A stretch of DNA of 64,000 nt from an uncultured bacterium (GTDB lineage: Bacteria > Fidelibacterota > UBA2242 > JAFGTP01). Position 1 is the stretch's first letter; the number at the start of each line of letters is the position of its first letter. Both the position numbers and the translations under genes were made by a program. Location of the stretch: positions 14,374-78,373 of the forward strand of contig CAZCHS010000005.1 of NCBI GenBank assembly GCA_964498725.1. Direction: 5' to 3'. Positions 1-7,793 of the stretch are shown here, piece after piece. Under the pieces are notes generated by a model. It was given only the letters and a program-made list of their open reading frames with translations, had not been told where the DNA came from and ran no database searches.

Positions 1-2484
1 GTTGGGATTCTGTTCCGGGATATTATGAAAAGTTTCCGGATTGGTGGGTAATGACCGTTTTTCTGTGCCGAAATTATTCATGATCTCATTGGCGCGGTGA
101 ATGATTTTGTGGGGAACACCGGCCATTTTCGCCACATGAATACCATAGCTTTTATCACAGCCGCCGGGCACAATTTTTCTGAGAAATGCCACAGTATTGC
201 CGTATTCTTCCACAGCAACATTAAGGTTGCCGACACGGGGTAGTAATTTTTCCAGTTCTGTTAATTCATGGTAATGGGTGGCAAACAGGGTTTTAGCGGC
301 TGTTTTTTCATTATTATGTAAATATTCTGTTACAGCCCAGGCGATAGACATGCCGTCGTAAGTGGAAGTGCCGCGTCCGATTTCATCCAGCAATACCAGG
401 GATTTTGGCGTGGCATTGTTGAGTATATTGGCGGTCTCATTCATTTCCATTAAAAAAGTAGATTCACCGGCAGCCAGATTATCACTGGCGCCCACACGGG
501 TAAAAATACGATCAACCACACCGATTTTTGCTTCTGCCGCCGGCACAAAGGAACCGGTTTGCGCCATCAGCACGATCAGGCCGATTTGCCGAAGATAAGT
601 GGATTTTCCCGACATATTCGGGCCGGTAATGATGTAAATTTGTTTATCATTATTGTCAATTTCCAGATCATTGGGTGTGAACTTGTCGCCAGCCGGCAAG
701 AGGTCTTCAACCACTGGATGGCGGCCATCTTTGATAGTAATTTTGCTATCCTGAGATATCTGTGGCCGCACGTAATTATTTTCCACTGCAAGTTCCGCCA
801 TCGCGGCGAGAATATCCAGCGTGGCGATCAGCGTGGCATCTTTTTGCAGTTCAGCGATGTATTCCAGTACCTGCTCGCGAATATCCTGAAAGAGCGCGTA
901 TTCCAGTGTATGCACCTTTTCTTCGGCATTCAAAAGTTTTTCTTCATATTCTTTGAGATCCGGTGTAATGTAGCGCTCGGAATTTACCAGCGTTTGTTTG
1001 CGAATATAATCTTCCGGGACTTTTTCCGAATGGGTTTTGCGTACTTCAATGTAGTAGCCAAAGACCCTGTTAAACCCGATTTTGAGAGAGGGAATATTCT
1101 GCTTTTCCCGTTCGGTTGCCTGTAGATTGGCGATCCACTGTTTGCCATTGCGCATAAGATGGCGGTATTCGTCCAGCTCGGCATTATACCCGTCCGCTAT
1201 GAAGCCACCGTCACGAATCGAGAGCGGCAGGTCGGTATCGGCAATGGTTTCGTTTAATAGATCCACAATGTCGGGCAAAAATTTCAATTCTTTTAAAATT
1301 CTAGCAAAAGTATCATGGGGTTGGAGCAGTTCATTGAGTTCCGGCAATATTTCCAGTGTGTTTTTGATGAGCACCAGGTCTCTGGCGCCGGCCCGGTTGG
1401 TACTTAGTTTTGATAAAAGGCGTTCCAGGTCGCTGCAATTCTGCAATTTTTCACGTATCTCATCCCGCAGCAGATTGTCATCAGCCAGGGTGGCTACTTT
1501 ATCCAGGCGTTCTTCAATTTTTTTAACTTTGAATAAGGGGCGCAGCAGCCACTTTTTCAATAGCCGGCTACCCATAGGTGTAATGGTTTTGTCAATGACA
1601 TGGATCAGGGAGCCGTCTTTACCATTGGTTTGCATGGTGGAGAAAATTTCCAGGTTTTTGCGGGTGAAATTATCAACGATCATACGGTCCTGATCAGTTT
1701 CTACGCTGATTTTGTTGATATGCGCGAGATTCTTTTGATGATTAAACCGCAGATAAAGCAGGGTTGCGCCCGCGCACTGGACAGCCAGTTTGGAATCATG
1801 AATGCCAAAGCCCTTCAGGGATTGGGTTTTAAAGTGCTCGGTAAGAGTGTTGAAAGCTTCCTCGTGGTTGAACATCCAGGCGTCTAAGGGAGTGATCTTT
1901 AAAACCTGATTCCCCATAAAATGGTAGAGGTCTTTTTCGATTTTTTCGGGACAAATTATTTCTGTTGGCGAATAGGAGAGAACCCGTTCTTTCATATTTT
2001 CGACAGAAAATTCCTGGACGAAGAATTCGCCGGTGGAAACATCAATGACGGAAATAGCCGCTTCTTTTTTATTAAAATTGACGGCCACCAGGTAATTATT
2101 ATTTTTTTCTTCCAGAAATTTGGTGGAAACAGAAGTGCCGGGAGTGACAATTTCTACCACTTCCCGCCTGACAATGCCCTTGGCGGTTTTGGGGTCTTCC
2201 ACCTGTTCGCAGATAGCGACTTTCAGTCCGGCTTTCATAAGTTTGTACATATGAGATTCCAGAGCATGATAAGGAAAGCCGGCCAGCGGGACGGAGTTGG
2301 CCTTGCCATTGGCCCGTTTGGTGAGGGTAATGTTCAGAACCCGGGCGGCGGTTTTGGCGTCCTCCTCAAAAGTCTCATAAAAATCCCCCATGCGAAAAAG
2401 CACCAGGGCATCAGGGTATTCTTCTTTGACCTTTAAATATTGGCGCATAACCGGCGTTGCGCCTGTTTTTGTATTCTTGCTCAT
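1..2484 (-). CDS. mutS: DNA mismatch repair protein MutS (C-terminus runs off the left window edge)
   Basis: The reverse-strand frame is open from the ATG at 2484 to position 1. It is missing from the ORF track because no stop lies inside the window. My translation starts MSKNTKTGATPVMRQYLKVKEEYPDALVLFRMGDFYETFEEDA (MutS N-terminal signature). It also contains GPNMSGKSTYLRQ (Walker A, around 590-640) and DEIGRGTSTYDG. The + strand ORFs at 362-2436 are antisense shadows. Confidence 0.95.
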   Translation of the reverse strand, partial: MSKNTKTGATPVMRQYLKVKEEYPDALVLFRMGDFYETFEEDAKTAARVLNITLTKRANGKANSVPLAGFPYHALESHMYKLMKAGLKVAICEQVEDPKTAKGIVRREVVEIVTPGTSVSTKFLEEKNNNYLVAVNFNKKEAAISVIDVSTGEFFVQEFSVENMKERVLSYSPTEIICPEKIEKDLYHFMGNQVLKITPLDAWMFNHEEAFNTLTEHFKTQSLKGFGIHDSKLAVQCAGATLLYLRFNHQKNLAHINKISVETDQDRMIVDNFTRKNLEIFSTMQTNGKDGSLIHVIDKTITPMGSRLLKKWLLRPLFKVKKIEERLDKVATLADDNLLRDEIREKLQNCSDLERLLSKLSTNRAGARDLVLIKNTLEILPELNELLQPHDTFARILKELKFLPDIVDLLNETIADTDLPLSIRDGGFIADGYNAELDEYRHLMRNGKQWIANLQATEREKQNIPSLKIGFNRVFGYYIEVRKTHSEKVPEDYIRKQTLVNSERYITPDLKEYEEKLLNAEEKVHTLEYALFQDIREQVLEYIAELQKDATLIATLDILAAMAELAVENNYVRPQISQDSKITIKDGRHPVVEDLLPAGDKFTPNDLEIDNNDKQIYIITGPNMSGKSTYLRQIGLIVLMAQTGSFVPAAEAKIGVVDRIFTRVGASDNLAAGESTFLMEMNETANILNNATPKSLVLLDEIGRGTSTYDGMSIAWAVTEYLHNNEKTAAKTLFATHYHELTELEKLLPRVGNLNVAVEEYGNTVAFLRKIVPGGCDKSYGIHVAKMAGVPHKIIHRANEIMNNFGTEKRSLPTNPETFHNIPEQNPN

Positions 2485-2925
2485 AAAAACTCAATTTAAA
2501 ATATTCCAATGACGATCTAAAATATAAAAAAAGTTTGGTAAAGAATGAACAATAAAAGGATGCTAAAAATTTTCAAAATTATATAATAAACTAAAAAAAT
2601 AGGTAAAATATTATAGCGAAACTGAAAATGTTATCTTTTCACATTACAATATACAATTAATTGTGGCTTAATACTTTTTTTTGAATAAAATATTGTTTAA
2701 GTTTTATTTGGTTAAAGTGATTCGTTGATAAGCAAAATATAAAATGATTTGGATTAAAATAAAAATGTTAGTCGTATTTGTAAGTGATTATCTTTTTTGA
2801 TATTTATGATGTATTTTAAATTGTATATTTTTTTGCTTTTTTTATTTAAATCAACTTGACATTTAATAATGATAAATCTATTTTAATTTTACACAATAAA
2901 AACGTTATTATATTAGGAGTTTAGA

Positions 2926-3168
2926 ATGAAAAGAAAAATAGTTAGAGTAGGTGCTAGTCTTTGTATTTTGCTGCCCAAAAATGTAGTGAATGCAATGAAC
3001 TGGGATTTCGATGACCACATCGACTTGATCCTGGATGAAGCTGATGAAACGGTCTATCTCAGGAACATGAAAAAGAAAAAGAAAAAGGCAAAAACCTATC
3101 TGGAAAATTTCACTGAATTCCAGAAAGAGTATGCCGATACTTTAAAAAGTATAGAAAAAAATGAGTAA
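2926..3168 (+). CDS. AbrB/MazE/SpoVT-like small DNA-binding protein (putative antitoxin, paralogue 1)
   Basis: 80 aa. The N-terminus MKRKIVRVGASLCILLPKNVVNAMNW fits the R-V-G-x-S-x-x-x-x-x-P-K pattern of looped-hinge-helix AbrB/MazE domains. It is a tandem paralogue of the next ORF and carries a KKKKKKAK tract. Confidence 0.55.
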   Translation: MKRKIVRVGASLCILLPKNVVNAMNWDFDDHIDLILDEADETVYLRNMKKKKKKAKTYLENFTEFQKEYADTLKSIEKNE

Positions 3169-3182
3169 GGGCAGAGGGAAAA

Positions 3183-3425
3183 ATGAAAAGAAAAATCATA
3201 AGAGTTGGCTCCAGCCGCGGCGTATTGTTGCCCCGCGAGGTAACCAAGGCAATGGGTTGGGAATTCGGCTCACAGACTGAGTTAACGATTGACAAAGAAA
3301 ATAATCAGGTGATACTAAAAACAATCAAAATTGATATTCCGGAAGATTATAATCCGGACCATCTGAAACAGATTGAAAAAACCTTGAAAAACAATCTTGA
3401 ATTGTTGGGAGGTTTAGATGACTAA
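3183..3425 (+). CDS. AbrB/MazE/SpoVT-like small DNA-binding protein (putative antitoxin, paralogue 2)
   Basis: 80 aa, starting MKRKIIRVGSSRGVLLPREVTKAMGW. Its stop overlaps the start of the next ORF by 8 nt (ATGACTAA), a typical toxin-antitoxin coupling. Confidence 0.6.
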   Translation: MKRKIIRVGSSRGVLLPREVTKAMGWEFGSQTELTIDKENNQVILKTIKIDIPEDYNPDHLKQIEKTLKNNLELLGGLDD

Positions 3426-3816
3426 TGAGCAAGCTCGACAAATCAAATTATTATGTTATGTCCATTGGATTGTCAGTAAAAAATATGATGTGGAATCAGG
3501 GGTTCGTGATCTGTATACCCTTGAAGAAGTTGTATCAATGCCCGGCGGTGGTTCACTGACCTGTTTTTCCGGCGCAAAATTGACTAACCGGAAAGACCTG
3601 TTCGCTCAGATCGGCTGGTTTATTTATTATATGCTGGAAGGCGAACCCTTTAACAGCAAAAATAAGGCCCTTGCAACATTGATGATCATCTGGGCACTGG
3701 AATTTTATAAACTTGATTTTGACAAAGAAAAGGTCGTGGAATATATCGACAATGTTGATACTATGAGATCGGGTAATTCCGATATTTCCAACTGGTTTCA
3801 AAACCATTGTAAATAA
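3418..3816 (+). CDS. Doc (death-on-curing)/Fic-fold-like protein with a degenerate catalytic motif
   Basis: 132 aa. The segment DLFAQIGWFIYYMLEGEPFNSKNKALATLMIIWAL aligns by eye with the P1 Doc core DLFEVSATYLVATARGHIFNDANKRTALNSALLFL, as I recall it. The H, D and R of the H-x-F-x-D-x-N-K-R motif are replaced by E, S and A. Confidence 0.5.
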   Translation: MTNEQARQIKLLCYVHWIVSKKYDVESGVRDLYTLEEVVSMPGGGSLTCFSGAKLTNRKDLFAQIGWFIYYMLEGEPFNSKNKALATLMIIWALEFYKLDFDKEKVVEYIDNVDTMRSGNSDISNWFQNHCK

Positions 3817-3824
3817 ACCTTTCT

Positions 3825-5537
3825 ATGCCGGATATATCAAAATTAATTGCTGCCGCCAAAGGTGCAATTGACGTCGATTTATTAATCAGGAACTGTCGAA
3901 TTGTCAATTTGTTTTCCGGCAATATCCAGAAAAACAATATTGCAGTTCACCAGGGGCGGATTGTTGGTTTTGGAGATTATCCGGCAAAAAAGACCATAAA
4001 TGCCCGGGAGCGATATCTTGCTCCCGGTTTTATAGACGGCCATGTTCATATAGAATCTTCAATGCTCAGTCCGGCTTATTTTGCGGAAGCTGTTGTCAGA
4101 CACGGCACAACTGCTGTCATTGCTGATCCCCATGAAATTGTTAATGTTTTAGGCCTTGAGGGGTTGCAAACATTTTTGGACAGAACTGTCAGTCTGCCGG
4201 TGGATTTTTATTTCATGATGCCTTCGTGTGTGCCGGCAACACATCTGGAAACAGCAGCTTATAAGATCACTGCCGAAGCAATGAAGTCCTTTTGGTCTGA
4301 AGACCGTATTCCCGGGCTCGGTGAAATGATGAATTATCCCGGTGTGATCCATCAGGACCCGGCAACTCTGGATAAAATTAAATTATATCAGAAAAAAATT
4401 ATCGATGGCCATGCACCATTGCTAAAAGACAAAGCATTGTCCGCCTACATGGCGGCCGGGATCACATCGGACCATGAATGCTCAACCATTGAAGAAGCGC
4501 GGGAAAAACTGGAAAAGGGAATGTTCATTCTGATCAGGGAAGGCTCGGCAGCAAAAAACCTGGCCGCATTACTCCCCCTGGTCAATGATTACAATGCTGG
4601 CAATTTTGGATTTTGTACCGATGACCGCCATCCTGATTATTTGATGGAAAAGGGCCATATTGATGATATAGTCAGAGAGGCGATCACTTATGGTATCGCG
4701 CCGGTAAGAGCCTTGCAACTCAGTTCCCTGAATATTGCCCGACACTATCAGCTCCGGCAAAGGGGTGCGATAGGAATCGGGTATATTGCTGACCTCGTCT
4801 TATTTGATGATCTCAATGATATTAATGTTGTACAGGTGTTCAAAAATGGTGAACTGGTGATAAATGACGGAGTATTGGTCACCCCTTTGCACCACGCCGG
4901 CCATGAATTTCAAAATAGCCTTCATATTAAACAATTACCGGACAAAAGTTTCGCAGTCCCCGCTACCGATAAACCGGTGAAAATCATCCAAACTGTTCCC
5001 GATCAGATACTGACCCGGAAAACCACAGCTCTACTTCCCCGGGATAATCATGAGTTACAAGTGGATCTGAAACATGATATTTTAAAATTGGCAGTGGTGG
5101 AGCGTCACAAAAAAACCGGCAATGTACAGACGGCCTTTGTCAACGGGTTTGGTCTGAAGCAAGGAGCCATCTGTTCCACTGTTGCTCATGACTCCCACAA
5201 TTTAATTATACTGGGAACCAATGACCGGGATATGGAAAAATGTGTTGAAGTTGTTCAGGAATTGAAAGGCGGTCTGGCAGTTGTGGTTGATGAAAAAACA
5301 ATCGCAAGTCTTCCATTGCCCTTTGGCGGACTGATGAGCGACAATAATCTAACGGATGTTTATCATGATTATCTTGGCGTCGTGGCGGCGGCCCGGGAAT
5401 ACGGATGTGTTATGGCGGATCCTTTTATGTCGTTGTCATTTCTGGCGCTGCCGGTGATTCCGGAACTGAAACTGACCGACAAGGGATTAGTGGACGTCGG
5501 CAAGTTTGATTTTACTTCCCTTTACGAGACCGACTGA
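3825..5537 (+). CDS. ade: adenine deaminase
   Basis: 570 aa. It has the amidohydrolase metal motif PGFIDGHVHIESSML and full-length resemblance to bacterial Ade (IADPHEI, HAPLL, SDHE, STVAHDSHN). Confidence 0.9.
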   Translation: MPDISKLIAAAKGAIDVDLLIRNCRIVNLFSGNIQKNNIAVHQGRIVGFGDYPAKKTINARERYLAPGFIDGHVHIESSMLSPAYFAEAVVRHGTTAVIADPHEIVNVLGLEGLQTFLDRTVSLPVDFYFMMPSCVPATHLETAAYKITAEAMKSFWSEDRIPGLGEMMNYPGVIHQDPATLDKIKLYQKKIIDGHAPLLKDKALSAYMAAGITSDHECSTIEEAREKLEKGMFILIREGSAAKNLAALLPLVNDYNAGNFGFCTDDRHPDYLMEKGHIDDIVREAITYGIAPVRALQLSSLNIARHYQLRQRGAIGIGYIADLVLFDDLNDINVVQVFKNGELVINDGVLVTPLHHAGHEFQNSLHIKQLPDKSFAVPATDKPVKIIQTVPDQILTRKTTALLPRDNHELQVDLKHDILKLAVVERHKKTGNVQTAFVNGFGLKQGAICSTVAHDSHNLIILGTNDRDMEKCVEVVQELKGGLAVVVDEKTIASLPLPFGGLMSDNNLTDVYHDYLGVVAAAREYGCVMADPFMSLSFLALPVIPELKLTDKGLVDVGKFDFTSLYETD

Positions 5538-6643
5538 CAGGTGGTCACCGGGCCGGCATACATGGCCAGCAGATAATCTCTGATTGGTGATATCTTCTCA
5601 CTGGTTTTATCCAAATAGGCTATAAAATTTTCTTTTTCTTCAGGTGTGTAATTGTCGCGGTACCTGCAACTGTCATTTTTTATATCCCAGGCAATATAAT
5701 TGGTATTCCATAGCCGATATTGATGATAAATATTCTCATCGATGAGCTCGGTTACCGCTTTGAAAAAATCGTTTTTTTGCAGGCTGCTATCTAATTTTTC
5801 TATTTCTCCGGTCAGTGTTTTACCAATGGCGATATGCACATTACCTTTATACTGACGAATTCCGGTAAGCATGCTGTAGAGGTCGGATTTGGGGCCTTTT
5901 TTAAATTCACCCTCCTCTTTTTTATACAGCTCTTTGGCTTTAAGCCGGTCACAGGGTTCATATTGATAAGAAATAGCAACCGGTACAATGTTAAGTGAAC
6001 GTATTCGTTCCCGGAAATTTTTCGAGGCCGCCATGGCAAACATTTTTAATAAACCGGGCTGGGTTTCGTCATGCCCGTCTTTTGTGCGTCCTTCCCTCTG
6101 CGCAATCCAAATGGATTCTTTCTTCTCCTTCAGTGTATAGGCAATGTATTGCGATAATTTTTTTGAGGCTTTTAGTAATTCACGTCCCGGCAGGCCGCGT
6201 TTTACAATAAAACTTTTATTCAGTTTAAAAAAATCCGTTATCCAGGGTTGAAGCAGCAGATTATCACCGATTGCCATTTCTGTAGAATTATATCCGTTTT
6301 TGATCAGAATATAATTGATCAGAGTGGAATCAAGAATAATATCCCGGTGATTGGATAAATAGAGATAAGCCTTGTTCTTTGAAATATTTTCAAGACCTGA
6401 AAAGGTGAGATTATCAATTGATTTATGGAGTACGGAATCCACAATTGGGGTGATAAATTGTTTTTGAAACCCCAGGATTGTATTCACATGATTCACCTGC
6501 GACATCAACATTTCCCGTGTAATGTTTGGATTGATACTCTGAGCCAGTTTTAAAAAGCCCGGATCCTGAACCATTCCTGGCAAAACATTTTTTACATCTT
6601 CATCTGTATAAGGCGATATATCCTGGAAATTATTTTCTGTCAT
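5522..6643 (-). CDS. glycerolipid acyltransferase family protein (PlsC-like)
   Basis: 373 aa. It contains LSNHRDIILDS (acyltransferase block I variant) and AQREGRTKDG (block III-like EGTR). It overlaps the 3' end of ade convergently by 16 nt. Confidence 0.7.
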   Translation of the reverse strand: MTENNFQDISPYTDEDVKNVLPGMVQDPGFLKLAQSINPNITREMLMSQVNHVNTILGFQKQFITPIVDSVLHKSIDNLTFSGLENISKNKAYLYLSNHRDIILDSTLINYILIKNGYNSTEMAIGDNLLLQPWITDFFKLNKSFIVKRGLPGRELLKASKKLSQYIAYTLKEKKESIWIAQREGRTKDGHDETQPGLLKMFAMAASKNFRERIRSLNIVPVAISYQYEPCDRLKAKELYKKEEGEFKKGPKSDLYSMLTGIRQYKGNVHIAIGKTLTGEIEKLDSSLQKNDFFKAVTELIDENIYHQYRLWNTNYIAWDIKNDSCRYRDNYTPEEKENFIAYLDKTSEKISPIRDYLLAMYAGPVTTCQSVS

Positions 6644-6719
6644 AGCTTTTTACCCGGTTTTATTAATTCACACCCGAAAAGTTAGTAACAATTATTAATT
6701 TTAAAAAGATTATCCGGAA

Positions 6720-7060
6720 ATTAGCCTGTATTATTCATAAAATTTGAAAATTCATGAATTATTCAAGCCAACTACAATCAGGGAGACAAACCTCCGGCGC
6801 GAGGTCGCTTAAAACGGTATTCCAAACTGTTTGGCGCAAAATTTGATAATTCTTCATACAGTTATTAGCCTGAATTATTTATGAATTTTCAAATTTTTAA
6901 AGGAAAGCGAATAAAATTAACAAGTTACGAAAAATCAATAAAAAGATGAATTGGAAAATTCATAGAATGATATTCAGGTTAATCCCGATAGTTTCCACAG
7001 GAAACGTATCGGCGCGAAGCGGGCATTATTCATATATTTATGAATAATGCAGGTTATAAT
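6720..7060. repeat. cluster of four related 35-46 bp AT-rich elements (two direct, two inverted) in the 450-bp intergenic region
   Basis: Copies lie at 6720-6765 (+), 6864-6897 (+), 6948-6983 (inverted) and 7024-7060 (inverted). Each begins ATTA(G/A)CCTG or ATAACCTG. This is followed by ATTATTCAT..ATGAAT-type palindromic sequence. Bases 7024-7049 form a hairpin with perfect 11-bp arms (CATTATTCATA tatt TATGAATAATG). Confidence 0.65.
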
Positions 7061-7094
7061 TACCGAAAAACGTTTTTAAATACTAAAGGGGTAT

Positions 7095-7721
7095 ATGGAA
7101 AATCAGAAAATATTAATCATTGACGATGAAAAAAGTTCCCGTGATTCAGCCCGAAGAATACTGCGCCGTGAAAAATATCAATTATATTTTGCAGAAAATG
7201 GAAAAATCGGGTTAAATAAAATCTGTGACATCAACCCTGATCTCGTTTTGCTTGATATCCAAATGCCAATCATGGATGGCATCCAGGTATTAAAAAAACT
7301 GGCGCATAAGCAATCAGATAATTTTTCTATCATTGTTTTGTCCGGCCATGGAACGGAACAATCTGTACGATCCTGTTATGAACTAGGCGTCACGGCTTTT
7401 GTACACAAACCCTTTGCTTCCTATGAACTCCGGGGTTTGATAAAAAACACATTGGATTTATCACACTATCGAAAGGAATTGGAAGCGACTGTTGACAAAC
7501 TGAATGAACAGATCCGGGAAAACAAACAATTAAAATCAATTCTTCCCATATGCTCCAATTGTAAAAAAGTTCAGGATGATAATACGAATAAGTGGCTCGA
7601 TTTTGATAACTATATTCATCACCATACCAGCAGTCAGGTCAGTCACGGCTTGTGCCCCGATTGTATTAAAGAATTATATCCCAGGGAATACAGAAGTTTG
7701 AAGGAAAAAGGCCTGATCTGA
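7095..7721 (+). CDS. response regulator: receiver domain plus coiled linker plus C-terminal Cys/His-rich module
   Basis: 208 aa. The receiver domain shows ILIIDDE, LLDIQMPIMDG and VHKPF. The C-terminus reads LPICSNCKKVQDDNTNKWLDFDNYIHHHTSSQVSHGLCPDCIKELYP (CxxC ... CxxC). Confidence 0.85.
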   Translation: MENQKILIIDDEKSSRDSARRILRREKYQLYFAENGKIGLNKICDINPDLVLLDIQMPIMDGIQVLKKLAHKQSDNFSIIVLSGHGTEQSVRSCYELGVTAFVHKPFASYELRGLIKNTLDLSHYRKELEATVDKLNEQIRENKQLKSILPICSNCKKVQDDNTNKWLDFDNYIHHHTSSQVSHGLCPDCIKELYPREYRSLKEKGLI

Positions 7722-7793
7722 AAATTTGTTATAAATTTTTCTTATAAATTGCCCAATGGAATATTTATATTCTGAATGAGTCAAGAGGAGTGA

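Noticed and set aside
362-2436. A series of + strand ORFs (78-203 aa) covers the first 2.4 kb.
   Set aside because: They lie antisense to a continuous minus-strand frame that translates to an unmistakable MutS. Their products are low-complexity with no recognisable motifs.
3064-3093. The A-rich run encoding KKKKKKAK in the first AbrB-like ORF might be a programmed slippage site.
   Set aside because: No alternative frame downstream yields a meaningful extension. Lys-rich tails are common in small DNA-binding proteins.
5522-5537. The 16-nt convergent overlap of the ade and acyltransferase 3' ends might be a regulatory antisense feature.
   Set aside because: Short convergent overlaps are common in compact genomes. 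The last few codons of the acyltransferase ORF may simply be non-conserved. No structure was seen.
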